Shown: positions 40,240 through 49,893, counted from the first letter of the stretch. The stretch: DNA of 64,000 nt from Cyanobacteria bacterium RM1_2_2 (GCA_012033495.1 JAAUQT010000001.1:9204-73203), one strand, 5' to 3'. A program made the numbers and translations. Notes: generated by a model from the letters alone, not told the origin.

Positions 40240-41133
40240 ATGCCATCGATTCAGGTTCGCGGAGTAGAGCACTACTACGAGTGGGTTAGTGCTTCCGAGC
40301 AGTTGCCTCCTTCAGGTCAGCCAGTTTCTAACAAACCTGTCATGGTATTTATACATGGCTGGGGTGGCTCGACTCGCTATTGGAAAAGCACAGCCAAAGC
40401 CCTGTCTGACTCATTTGATTGTTTGCTCTACGACATGCGAGGGTTTGGTCGTTCGGCTCTGCCGCGTCCTGTTCCAACTGAGGTGGTGGACTTGGGTTAC
40501 GAGTTGGAAACCTACGCGGATGATTTAGCCCTCTTGCTTGACCAACTTGGCTTAGAGCGGGTCTATCTGAACGCTCATTCGACGGGTGCATCGGTGGCCG
40601 TTTTGTTTCTCGACCTTTACCCGCATCGAGTTGAGCAGGCGATTTTGACCTGTCATGGTGTGTTTGAATATAACCCGTTTACTTTCAAAGCCTTTCACAA
40701 AGTGGGCGGCTATGTGGTGGCGTTTCGTCCCGATTGGTTTAGGCGAATTCCCGGAATTGAGCATATGTTTATGTCTCGGTTTCTGCGGCGACCGATTCCC
40801 AATCAAGCCAAGCGCGAGTTTCTCGAAGATTTTTTGATTGCCGATTCAGAAGCGGCTTTGGGTACGATCTATACCGCCGTGAGTCAGAAGGCAGCGATCG
40901 AAATGCCGCAGGCTTACGCGAGGCTACAGGTTCCCACGCTGCTCATTTCGGGCGAGTATGACCAAATTATTCCGGTGAAACTGGGACGGCTGGCAGCTTC
41001 TCAGAATTCCTCCGTTGAGCATGTGGTGATTCCTAATACAGGGCATTTTCCGATGTTGGAAGATGCTGCAACTTATCTACAGTTAGTTAGAAAGTTTTTA
41101 CAAATTCCTGAAAGTGTGTCGAATCAGGGATAG
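40240..41133 (+). CDS. Alpha/beta-fold hydrolase
   Basis: HG-motif FIHGWGGS, nucleophile elbow AHSTGA and a C-terminal His in NTGHFPMLE. Confidence 0.75.
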   Translation: MPSIQVRGVEHYYEWVSASEQLPPSGQPVSNKPVMVFIHGWGGSTRYWKSTAKALSDSFDCLLYDMRGFGRSALPRPVPTEVVDLGYELETYADDLALLLDQLGLERVYLNAHSTGASVAVLFLDLYPHRVEQAILTCHGVFEYNPFTFKAFHKVGGYVVAFRPDWFRRIPGIEHMFMSRFLRRPIPNQAKREFLEDFLIADSEAALGTIYTAVSQKAAIEMPQAYARLQVPTLLISGEYDQIIPVKLGRLAASQNSSVEHVVIPNTGHFPMLEDAATYLQLVRKFLQIPESVSNQG

Positions 41134-41146
41134 TCCTTTTAGATAA

Positions 41147-41446
41147 TTGGATAAATTGATGATCTTGGAAGTAGCAATTTTGGATGTCAAAGCGGGGCAG
41201 GCGCAAGCATTTGAAGCTGCTTTTAGTGAGGCTTCCAAAATCATTAGCCAGATGTCGGGCTATCTCTCTCACGAGCTTCAACGCTGCATCGAAACGTCAA
41301 ATCGCTACATTTTGCTGGTGCGTTGGCAAACACTGGAAGATCACACCATCGGCTTTCGGCAGTCATCTGAGTATGAAACTTGGCGGCAGTTGTTGCATCA
41401 CTTTTATGAGCCTTTTCCAACTGTTGAGCATTACGAAAAAATTTGA
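41147..41446 (+). CDS. Antibiotic-biosynthesis-monooxygenase (ABM) domain protein
   Basis: 99 aa with the ferredoxin-like dimeric alpha-beta barrel pattern (YILLVRWQTLEDHTIGFRQS..Y..W). Confidence 0.65.
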   Translation: MDKLMILEVAILDVKAGQAQAFEAAFSEASKIISQMSGYLSHELQRCIETSNRYILLVRWQTLEDHTIGFRQSSEYETWRQLLHHFYEPFPTVEHYEKI

Positions 41447-41481
41447 GTCGCGCTATGAAGCAGAAAGTTCGAGCCAAGAAT

Positions 41482-42507
41482 CTACTCCAATCCCAATTCG
41501 CGTTTGAGTAAGTTAATCGATTTTGTGCCGATATAGTTTTGGCAGCATACCAACTGCGGCGAGCGGATTAAGTCTTCTCTGGCGTCAGCAACAGCGGCTT
41601 TCACGGCTGCACAGCTTGCCTGATCAAAACTAAAAATCGTTTGCGCTCCATGCACGATGGCCTTGAGCTTATAGCTGTCTTTTAGTTGGGCCGTCATCAC
41701 TAGCAGGTCTTCGCCTCGCAGACTGTGGACAATTACCTCAGCGGCTCGCAAAATTCCCGAACTGAGGCTGACCAACCCCAAACAGCTATCTTTGGCGAGG
41801 GCCAGCAGCTTTTGAATTTCTTGGGCGTAGTCGTAAATATCTACCGGAATCACCCGCACCGATCGCGGCGAGGCAATCGCTTCTGCATCCCCAATAAAGT
41901 AGCGACTCGTTACCACCGTACCCGATCGGGTTTGCTCCAAAATCTGATCCAATTCTTCCATCGGGACAAGCTGTACTGGAATTTGCAGGGCTTGCTCTAG
42001 CTCTTGTACCATTAGCTCGCCCGCACCAATATCTTGACTAGGAGCCGTCACCAGCACTCTGGCACTACAGCGCAACCGCCAATCAATTTCGGAGAGAAAC
42101 AACTCTCGTGCTTGCGACAACGAGCAGCCTTGACCGAGTAAATCATCCAAACTTTTTTGTACCAAGCGATGCGCCTGCGGATATTTTTCAAAAATGGGCG
42201 ATCGCACTCTCGCATTGCCGCCCTCATCGCCTTGAGACCGCACATAAATGCCCGAACCTGCTTGAGCATCGACAATGCCATCTTCCTCTAGCTGCCGATA
42301 AACTTTGCTAATGGTGTTGCGGTGCAGTCCGGTTTCCATCGCAAGCTGGCGCGTACTGGGCAAACGGTGTCCGGGCGGAAACTGGCGCGAGGCAATGGCA
42401 AAGCGAATTTGGTTATAAAGCTGAGAAGATGCCGGAATATCGCTGTCAGGCTGAATGTGAAATCGAACCATAGAGCCTCCGAGATGCTCTGGTAAAGCGT
42501 TTAACAA
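41482..42507 (-). CDS. GntR-family transcriptional regulator, cyanobacterial PlmA-like subtype
   Basis: The N-terminal winged HTH is LPSTRQLAMETGLHRNTISKVYRQLEEDGIV. The roughly 250-aa C-terminal domain and total length fit the cyanobacteria-specific PlmA subfamily. That subfamily assignment is from memory. Confidence 0.65.
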   Translation of the reverse strand: MLNALPEHLGGSMVRFHIQPDSDIPASSQLYNQIRFAIASRQFPPGHRLPSTRQLAMETGLHRNTISKVYRQLEEDGIVDAQAGSGIYVRSQGDEGGNARVRSPIFEKYPQAHRLVQKSLDDLLGQGCSLSQARELFLSEIDWRLRCSARVLVTAPSQDIGAGELMVQELEQALQIPVQLVPMEELDQILEQTRSGTVVTSRYFIGDAEAIASPRSVRVIPVDIYDYAQEIQKLLALAKDSCLGLVSLSSGILRAAEVIVHSLRGEDLLVMTAQLKDSYKLKAIVHGAQTIFSFDQASCAAVKAAVADAREDLIRSPQLVCCQNYIGTKSINLLKRELGLE

Positions 42508-42762
42508 TGCTAAGAATGACCTGACTATATCAATCCTGTTGGCTTCAGGGAATCACCTGATGAGGCAGTCCTCTGGTTTTGGGCTGCTTCACTCAAAGCT
42601 GGTTGTTGAGAAGAGAAACTTCCTCAATACTAAGAGGTGAAAACTCTGCTACAGCAGTCTTAGATGATTCGTGAGCCCAAGATCCCCGACTCCACTCAGA
42701 ATTCAGGGATCTGACACAGATCATTCTCATAACTCACATAGGATTGCTATATCTCAACAAAA

Positions 42763-43533
42763 TTGTCAATTATGCCAGTTCAACAAGATTTCAACATTCG
42801 CACTTCCCATGTTCAAGTCAGCAACGGTGATCTCAACATTGCGGCGTATCTTGCAGAACTCGATTTATCAGAATCTCAGAACTTAGAACCTGTACCTGCC
42901 ATTATCGTGATTCAGGAAATTTTTGGCGTGAATGCTCATATTCGAGATGTCACAGAACGCTTTGCTAAATTGGGCTACGTCGCAATTGCGCCAGCGATTT
43001 ATCAGCGAATGGCGCCGGGATTTGAGACAGGCTATACCCCTGAAGATGTCAAAATTGGGCGGCAATATAAAGAACAAACCAACGCAGACGAACTGCTGAG
43101 CGATCTTCGAGCCACCGCAGCTTACCTGAATGCCCTGCCGACCGTCAAAACAGACGCGATTGGCTGCATTGGGTTTTGCTTTGGCGGTTTGGTGGCTTAT
43201 TTAGCCGCAACCCTACCCGAAATTAAAGCAGCAGCTTCTTTTTATGGAGCAGGCATTCCGGTGTGGTGTCCGGGAGGAGGACAACCCACCATCACCTACA
43301 CCCAAGCGATTAAAGCCAAACTCTACGCCTTCTTTGGCATGAATGACGCCAGCATTCCACCTGAGCACGTTGAGCAAATTGAAGCCGCGCTGCAAAATCA
43401 CCAAATTCCCCATCAGATTTTTCGCTATCCAGGAGCCGAGCATGGTTTTTTCTGCGATCAGCGAGCCAGCTACAATCCCGATGCAGCCGCAGATGCCTGG
43501 ATGCGAGTGCAGGAATTATTTAGCCAGCTTTAG
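42763..43533 (+). CDS. Dienelactone hydrolase family protein
   Basis: The sequence shows VIQEIFGVNAHIRDV, the nucleophile region GCIGFCFGG and a C-terminal His in YPGAEHGF. Confidence 0.8.
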   Translation: MSIMPVQQDFNIRTSHVQVSNGDLNIAAYLAELDLSESQNLEPVPAIIVIQEIFGVNAHIRDVTERFAKLGYVAIAPAIYQRMAPGFETGYTPEDVKIGRQYKEQTNADELLSDLRATAAYLNALPTVKTDAIGCIGFCFGGLVAYLAATLPEIKAAASFYGAGIPVWCPGGGQPTITYTQAIKAKLYAFFGMNDASIPPEHVEQIEAALQNHQIPHQIFRYPGAEHGFFCDQRASYNPDAAADAWMRVQELFSQL

Positions 43534-43605
43534 AGCCTGAGCGGAGGTTGACGAACCAGAACACTGGGCAGCACTCTCAATCTCATCCACCCGCTATTTC
43601 CACTC

Positions 43606-43659
43606 TCATGACTTTCCAGCAGGTCATGACTTTCCAGCAGGTCATGACTTTCCAGCAAG
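43606..43659. repeat. 18-bp tandem repeat, 3 copies
   Basis: TCATGACTTTCCAGCAGG occurs twice, followed by TCATGACTTTCCAGCAAG. Confidence 0.85.
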
Positions 43660-43693
43660 ATTGAGAATTCGCCATCCTTCAGCTTTTATTAAG

Positions 43694-43721
43694 TTGGATC
43701 TTGAACCTTGCTTGATATAAT
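43694..43721 (+). promoter_or_regulatory. Near-consensus sigma-70-type promoter upstream of the Nif11-like gene
   Basis: TTGGAT, a 16-nt spacer, then TATAAT, ending 30 nt before the ATG at 43752. Confidence 0.4.
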
Positions 43722-43751
43722 CTTGGCGTCTTAGCGATTGAGCAATCTCCT

Positions 43752-44150
43752 ATGGCAACCGCATCAGTATTAGAATTCATGCAAAAAACGGCTAAAGATG
43801 AAGCATTGCGTCGTCAGCTAGAAGAACTGCTGGGGGTAGGCGATGGCAACATCAGCAGCGAAACAGAACTGGACGAAGCAGAATCAGCCGCATTGACCGG
43901 AGAACGGGCTCCGATGGTGGCAGAATTTGCTGCGAAAAGTGGGTTTTCTTTCTCAACGGCAGAGCTTATTTCGGTAGTTGATGCTTTTCAGAAGCATCAG
44001 GCAGGGGTAATATCAGACGCAGATTTTGCCAATTTAATTGGTCTTTCCCCCACTGATGCCGAAACCATCAACGAAGTTTCGGAGGTTACAAATCCCTTAA
44101 AGCGATTAACCCGTTATTTGGGTAAAACCTATTTGGGAATCGACGTTTAG
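43752..44150 (+). CDS. Nif11-domain-like protein (132 aa)
   Basis: The N-terminus SVLEFMQKTAKDEALRRQLEELL and the later AEFAAKSGFSFSTAELISV resemble the two halves of the Nif11 domain. The C-terminal 45 aa could not be assigned. Confidence 0.45.
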   Translation: MATASVLEFMQKTAKDEALRRQLEELLGVGDGNISSETELDEAESAALTGERAPMVAEFAAKSGFSFSTAELISVVDAFQKHQAGVISDADFANLIGLSPTDAETINEVSEVTNPLKRLTRYLGKTYLGIDV

Positions 44151-44282
44151 GCTCATACGTCGTCAAATGATGACCTGACTGCGGCTAAATCAATCCCAGA
44201 AATTAGCCCTCTCGAAGTACCAAACTTCACGAGGGCTAGCTTGCTATGCCTGAATTTAATTGCGCTATAAAAGTTGAAATTA

Positions 44283-44353
44283 AGCGGGTATGGGGAATCG
44301 AACCCCAATTAACTGCTTGGAAGGCAGTAGTTTTACCACTAAACTATACCCGC
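44283..44353 (-). tRNA. tRNA-Gly (anticodon UCC)
   Basis: The reverse complement folds as a cloverleaf: acceptor GCGGGTA/TACCCGC, D stem GTTT/AAAC, anticodon stem ACTGC/GCAGT with loop CTTCCAA, T arm TGGGG-TTCGATT-CCCCA, and discriminator U. CCA is not encoded. Confidence 0.85.
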
Positions 44354-44724
44354 GTGAATTACATTGACCTTTTCTAGGATAGCATCATTTACTTCGTTTG
44401 TGTTGAAAGTGCAAAAGCCAGATATGGCAGTGAATTTTAATGGTTTGGCAACGATTTTTTAATTCTTCTATCAGGAATTACAGATTTTCTTAATGTTATG
44501 GTGAAAGGCGGTAGATATGATGATCCCTGATTTAAGCAGATTGGCTAACCAATTTTTTGATCAATCGATCCCCAAATCTCGTATGATTACGCTTCTAGGT
44601 ATAGTTTTTATCCTGAAGCGGGTGCGTCACTGCGATTTGCTTATTCCCAAACCCTTGTGGTTTTGGCAGATCAGCTATGTCTTGGCTTTTTAGGTTGTGA
44701 TACACAGGTTAACTCCGTTCGCTC

Positions 44725-46524
44725 ATGCTCAAAGTTCTGTCATTGTTGCCTTTAGCTCAAGCTCTTTCGCCGATCCCTGTTACAGATCTGCCCACGTCAG
44801 TTTCTTCGCCTGCTGCCCCAGCCATTGCTGTCACTTCCCCTGCGGCTTCTGGAGCGGCTTCTGGATCAGTATCTTCGTCATTTAGAGACTTAATTGCTCT
44901 GCCTGACACAATTGCCCCGCTTGATCCGGTTCCTCTGGCACCGCTGCCAACACCGCTCTCTCCAGATGTGCTGCGCCCTCAAGCAGTGCGTCCTCTGCCG
45001 GGGCAATTGGATGAAATTCCTATGTTTAACAGCAATAGCCCTGAATTGATTCAGAAAGACGGTATTTTGCTGTCCACCTTTCCCCCAGAAGGAATGCAAT
45101 CTCGGTCGGCTCATCTTAACTATCCGCTACAGGGGCGCTTTGATGTTTTTGCCCACCATGTTGCCAAAGGAATTACCCCAGACGATGTGCGCACCTTGTT
45201 TGTGGGTGTCGTTGTTTATAACCCTACCGATCGACCGACGACACTCGATATTCTGCAAGGCGTGTCTTACCTCAGCCAAGAAGCTCCTTTCAACAATCTG
45301 CCTGCTTATGTCGCCAATCCGATGGGTACGGTTTTTGCTGGCCCAGGCAGCCGAGTGGCAAATGATATTTTGCGGGGAGAACGCCAGCCGCAGTGGCCAG
45401 AGCGAATCAGCATTCCGGCTAAGAGCGCTCAACTGCTGGTGAATGTGCCAATTCCGCTCCGACGGCTGACGGTTGCCACCAATGGAACTCTGCCACCGGG
45501 GTCACTGATTCCAGGCTTACCCGTAGCAACGGCTCAAACCAGCAATCCGAATGGGTCAGCAGGTACTTTGGTTTCTTTAGCGGCGACCCGAAACGCGGTT
45601 GTGGGGCAACCTGCCTCCGTTAGCCCGTCTGTGTCTGCTCCGTCTGCTAGCCCCCCAGCCGTTGATACTCGCCCGCTGCCCATTAATGGACGCACAATTT
45701 TAATGCGGCTCTCTAGCAGCAGCCCCGTATATCTTGCGAGCTTGGCAATGTATGCGCCTGTGACGGAATCGGGCAGTGAACGAGTTCCCAGCTTAGCTGA
45801 GTGGATTCATTTGTTGAGAACGGGCGATGTATCTGGCCCCCGCGATCGGCGTCCTACTTCACCCGATACGCGATTTGTGCCTCGGTTCTACTATGGTCGG
45901 GTTTCAGGCGTGGCTCGTGGATCGCAATGGAGCGCCCGCGCAACCGACCCAGATGAAAATTACCTCAGCGTTCCTCAACCGGGTGAAGCAGTATCGTATG
46001 TGATCAGCAGTGTTGACCGTAACACGTTTGGCACAGGGCAAATTCAGAGTGCGCCCATGCTCGTGCGCTATCCAGACACCGCCTATCGCGCTCATGGCAA
46101 CTATGGTGTTTTGTATGACGTTACCTTGCCGCTATATAACAACACCGACTCCACCCAACGAGTGGCAATCATGCTGCAAACCCCCCTGCAAGATGAACGC
46201 CTCAAGGGAGAAGGGCTGCGGTTTCGCAATCCACCCTACGACCAGGTGTTCTTTCGGGGAACGGTGCGGTTACGCTATACAGACGATTTGGGCATCCGTC
46301 AAACGCGCTATATGCATCTCGTGCAACGACGGGGACAGTCCGGCGAACCGCTGATTCGACTCACTTTACCTAAGGGCACGCGGCGACAGGTCGAATTGCA
46401 GTTGATCTACCCGCCCGATTCCACTCCTCCTCAGGTTGTGACTGTGGAAACGCAGGAATATAACGGTTTAGTGGAAGCTGAGAGCAACCGTGAAATTAGC
46501 CAAACCCCACCAGAGCAGGAATAG
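44725..46524 (+). CDS. Secreted DUF3370-like protein
   Basis: Signal peptide MLKVLSLLPLAQA. PLPGQLDEIPMFNSNSPELIQKDGILLSTFP matches my memory of the cyanobacterial DUF3370 family. 599 aa with Pro/Ser-rich inserts. Confidence 0.55.
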   Translation: MLKVLSLLPLAQALSPIPVTDLPTSVSSPAAPAIAVTSPAASGAASGSVSSSFRDLIALPDTIAPLDPVPLAPLPTPLSPDVLRPQAVRPLPGQLDEIPMFNSNSPELIQKDGILLSTFPPEGMQSRSAHLNYPLQGRFDVFAHHVAKGITPDDVRTLFVGVVVYNPTDRPTTLDILQGVSYLSQEAPFNNLPAYVANPMGTVFAGPGSRVANDILRGERQPQWPERISIPAKSAQLLVNVPIPLRRLTVATNGTLPPGSLIPGLPVATAQTSNPNGSAGTLVSLAATRNAVVGQPASVSPSVSAPSASPPAVDTRPLPINGRTILMRLSSSSPVYLASLAMYAPVTESGSERVPSLAEWIHLLRTGDVSGPRDRRPTSPDTRFVPRFYYGRVSGVARGSQWSARATDPDENYLSVPQPGEAVSYVISSVDRNTFGTGQIQSAPMLVRYPDTAYRAHGNYGVLYDVTLPLYNNTDSTQRVAIMLQTPLQDERLKGEGLRFRNPPYDQVFFRGTVRLRYTDDLGIRQTRYMHLVQRRGQSGEPLIRLTLPKGTRRQVELQLIYPPDSTPPQVVTVETQEYNGLVEAESNREISQTPPEQE

Positions 46525-46658
46525 CCTGTGAATTGAAAACGTGAATTGAAAACTTGGCTAGCAGCAATTCTTTGACGTAGGCTACAAGTGGAGGCAAGTA
46601 GGCGGGTGTGCCCAACTTGTATAATGCGCTGAAACAGAACAATAATGGCTGCTAAGAC

Positions 46659-47837
46659 ATGGCTGCTAAGACAAATTTTGACGTGATTGTGATTGGCTTA
46701 GGCGGTATGGGGAGCGCAACCGCGTATTGGCTTGCTCAGCGCGGTCAGCAAGTGTTGGGTTTAGAGCAGTTTACGCCGCCTCATAATCAAGGCTCTAGTC
46801 ATGGCAAGTCTCGCATTATCCGGCAAGCTTACTTCGAGCATCCATCTTATGTGCCTTTAGTGCTGCGAGCCTACGAGTTATGGCAGCAACTTGAAGAAGA
46901 AACTGAGCAGTCTATTCTTAGCCTCACAGGTGGCTTGATGTTGGGGCAAGCTGATAGTGTCATCGTTCAAGGCAGCCTGCACAGCGCTCAACAACACGGC
47001 TTAGCTTATGAACTATTGGATACAGCAAACATTCGCAAACGCTTTCCGCTGCTGTCACCTGACCCAGAAACGGTGGCACTTTATGAGCCGAATGCCGGAT
47101 TGATTCGCCCTGAAATTGCCATCAGCGCTTATTTGCAGCGAGCGGCTCAGCTAGGGGCAACCCTGCATTATCAAGAACCTGTGCTCGACTGGCAGGCAAC
47201 GGATCAAGGGGTGCGGGTGATCACGGCGTCGGCTCAATATGAGGCTGCGAAGCTGGTCATTGCACCGGGCGCTTGGGCCACCCAGATGCTAAAGCTAGAT
47301 TTGCCACTTGTAGTCGAGCGGCAAGTTTTGTTTTGGTTTGAGCCAATCAGTGATTTAGAGCAGTTCAACGCTGAGCACCTACCGATCTACGTTTGGGAAA
47401 CGCAAGATGGTACTCAATTCTATGGTTTTCCGGCAGACAATAACCCATCGGCAGGAGTTAAAGTCGCGTTCTTTCGAGGAGGGCAAATTCAACAAAGCTG
47501 TACACCTGAAACCATCGATCGCACGGTGCATAAGTCCGAAATAGAAAGGATGCGGAGATGTTTACAGCAATATATTCCGACACTTAACGGGCAATTAGTC
47601 GATGCGACAACTTGTATGTATACTACTACACCCGACGAACATTTTGTGATCGGCTTGCATCCTCACTTCCCGCACGTGGTCATTGCATCACCTTGTTCAG
47701 GACATGGCTTTAAGTTTGCCAGTGTCATCGGCGAAATTTTGGCAGACCTCGCAATCAAGGCGGGCACTCATTATTCACTAGAATTGTTTCAACCTAGCCG
47801 CTTTGAGTGCAGCGCCACTCCTGTCTCACATCAATGA
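46659..47837 (+). CDS. solA: FAD-dependent N-methyl-L-tryptophan / sarcosine oxidase family enzyme
   Basis: Dinucleotide fold DVIVIGLGGMGSATAYWLA, followed by SSHGKSRIIRQAY and the covalent-FAD Cys context SPCSGHGFKF. Confidence 0.8.
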   Translation: MAAKTNFDVIVIGLGGMGSATAYWLAQRGQQVLGLEQFTPPHNQGSSHGKSRIIRQAYFEHPSYVPLVLRAYELWQQLEEETEQSILSLTGGLMLGQADSVIVQGSLHSAQQHGLAYELLDTANIRKRFPLLSPDPETVALYEPNAGLIRPEIAISAYLQRAAQLGATLHYQEPVLDWQATDQGVRVITASAQYEAAKLVIAPGAWATQMLKLDLPLVVERQVLFWFEPISDLEQFNAEHLPIYVWETQDGTQFYGFPADNNPSAGVKVAFFRGGQIQQSCTPETIDRTVHKSEIERMRRCLQQYIPTLNGQLVDATTCMYTTTPDEHFVIGLHPHFPHVVIASPCSGHGFKFASVIGEILADLAIKAGTHYSLELFQPSRFECSATPVSHQ

Positions 47838-47842
47838 ATAGG

Positions 47843-47950
47843 TATAGCGTTACGGATTGAGCTTAGGACACAGGAGGTGTGGGGGCTACGCCCCCAGCTA
47901 GGAGTTCCACCCCTACACTCCGCCCTAACCTCAGGCAGTCCTGCTATATC
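47843..47950. repeat. Hairpin element, family D copy
   Basis: It aligns over about 105 bp with 58505-58610 in the same orientation: TTACG.ATTGAGCTTA.GACA.AGG.GGTGTGGGGGC.TA.GCCCCAGCTAGG...ACCCCTACAC...AGGCAGT.CTGCTATAT. Confidence 0.6.
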
Positions 47951-48560
47951 AACGAATGATAGGTGAGGAAGGCAGCGGCGAGAAGGGCGTTGCTAAATCG
48001 GAAGCAAATTTACTGAATGATTCAGCAAAACTCAGTAGAAAAGACGATATCGTTCAGTGCTACTGAGTTCAGCAAATCTCTGTAATTTATCTGTAGATGA
48101 CTTATACAGTTTTAAATTGCAGAATTAACACGGACTAACTCTAGACTTCAACAGGGTTAACAAAACAACTTGCCTTACGCAACTGATTCTACAACTGGGT
48201 TTAGAAGACCTAAACAACAAACAGCCCAACTTTGCAAAAACCTTAAACTAAGTTGTTGGCTCGGTAAAATTGCTGCTTTTGAATGCCATTTTTCAGTGAA
48301 AGTACTGGCAAATAGGTGCCGAATTCAACATCAGCCGAAATCAGGGGCAAAAATTTGGCAGAATCGAATACGCGCCGGGTGTTTTTGCTGCACTTCTTTT
48401 GCTGCGATTAGTTCAGAAAATAACCAAAAAAGTATCCAGCTTTTCGTACTTTAAGCACTGAAATCGCTATCCTAAATCAGTTCAGTCAGCATTAATCATC
48501 AGGTTAGCAGTTTGCCTGAATAGATTTGATGCAATTTTCGTTTTTGGGAGATCGAGATCC

Positions 48561-49712
48561 ATGGGTTCAAAAACAAAGCGGGCGGGCGGTTCTTGGGGCT
48601 ATCAACCCACCAGACGACGGTTTTTACAATTCTCTGCGGCTGCATTGTCTACGGTCACACTTTCTAATTGTGCTCGCAACTCAATTGGGCAACAATCTGC
48701 TAATCAAACAACTGCGTCATCGTCTGCAACAGGTTCAGGAGACACCCAAAAACTTTATCTCTACACTTGGGCTGACTATTCCAGTAACGAGGTGTATCAA
48801 CGGTTTCAAGAACAAACTGGCATTGAAGTGGTTGCAGATGTCTACGATTCTAATGAAACGATGTTGGCTAAACTTCAGTCAGGTGGAGGCGCGCAATACA
48901 GCATTGTCTACCCATCAGACTATACGGTGCAACAAATGGTGGCTAGCCAATTGCTGCTGCCATTAGACAAGTCGCGGTTGGAGGGATTAGAGGGTTTAAT
49001 GGAACGCTGGCAGAGTCCGACCTATGACGCGAACAATGCCCACAGCATTCCTTTTCACTGGGGAACAACTGGATTTGTTTACAACACGAAAGTGTTGGAG
49101 CAAGAGCCAACTGACTGGAATTTTCTTTGGGATAAGCGGGAAAAGCTGGCTGGCAAAATCACTTTACTCGATGACGTGCGCGAAACGATGGGAGCCGCCC
49201 TCAAGTCGTTGGGTTACTCCTACAATGCGACCGACCGTGCTCAAATTGAAGCAGCCTACCAAAAATTGATGGAACTGAAGCCTGCCCTTGCTTCCTTTCA
49301 GTCCTATGGTTGGGAAGATCAGCTCATTGCTGGCGATTTGGCAATTTGTATGAGCTACTCGACGCTGGGCAACCTGCTTCCTGCCGAAAATCCGCATCTC
49401 AAGTACATGATTCCTGAAAACGGAACCTCGGTCTGGACAGACACCATCGCGATTCCGGTCAATGCCCCCAATGTTGACGCAGCTTACGCATGGCTGAATT
49501 TCAACCTCAATTCTGAAAATGCTGCCTTTGCTGCCACCCGGCTCAAGACAGCCACACCCAACAAGCAAGGTTATGAGCTTTTGCCTGCCGAGATGAAGAA
49601 TAACGCCAAGCTCTACCCCACGCCCGAAATGGTGGCTAAGAGCGAAGGAATTGTGCCCGTATCGGCGATTGAGCTATATGACAAATTCTGGACAGAGCTA
49701 AAGAGTGCTTGA
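48561..49712 (+). CDS. Polyamine (spermidine/putrescine) ABC transporter substrate-binding protein
   Basis: A twin-Arg/lipoprotein-like leader RRRFLQFSAAALSTVTLSNC is followed by LYLYTWADYS and other PotD/PotF-family features. No permease or ATPase gene is adjacent. Confidence 0.75.
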   Translation: MGSKTKRAGGSWGYQPTRRRFLQFSAAALSTVTLSNCARNSIGQQSANQTTASSSATGSGDTQKLYLYTWADYSSNEVYQRFQEQTGIEVVADVYDSNETMLAKLQSGGGAQYSIVYPSDYTVQQMVASQLLLPLDKSRLEGLEGLMERWQSPTYDANNAHSIPFHWGTTGFVYNTKVLEQEPTDWNFLWDKREKLAGKITLLDDVRETMGAALKSLGYSYNATDRAQIEAAYQKLMELKPALASFQSYGWEDQLIAGDLAICMSYSTLGNLLPAENPHLKYMIPENGTSVWTDTIAIPVNAPNVDAAYAWLNFNLNSENAAFAATRLKTATPNKQGYELLPAEMKNNAKLYPTPEMVAKSEGIVPVSAIELYDKFWTELKSA

Positions 49713-49779
49713 GGTGGGAAGGCAGGGAGTAAAACATAGGAATGATGGGGATTTGATGCTTTGCTTCTGCCTTCTGAGG

Positions 49780-49885
49780 AGATTTCTAGGAAACCTCCCC
49801 CCGTACGGGCAGGTTTTGCAGATGAATCATCCGTGAAACGCGAGATGTGGGCTAAAGACCCAACGTAACGACCACCCGTTCCAAA
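49780..49885. repeat. Hairpin element, family A copy (inverted orientation)
   Basis: GGAGATTTCTAGGAAACCTCCCCCCGTACGGGCAGGTTTTGCAGATGA is close to the reverse complement of 12441-12535. Confidence 0.55.
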
Positions 49886-49893
49886 AAATCTCC

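Noticed and set aside
43752-44150. The Nif11-like ORF as a lanthipeptide or RiPP precursor.
   Set aside because: It has no Gly-Gly/Gly-Ala leader cleavage motif and no Cys/Ser/Thr-rich core. There is no LanM, cyclodehydratase or peptidase-domain ABC transporter gene in the window.
44283-44353. First reading of the tRNA as tRNA-Trp, because the string CCA occurs in the anticodon loop.
   Set aside because: Folding the cloverleaf puts the 7-nt loop as C-T-T-C-C-A-A, so positions 34-36 are TCC (Gly). The U discriminator also fits tRNA-Gly.
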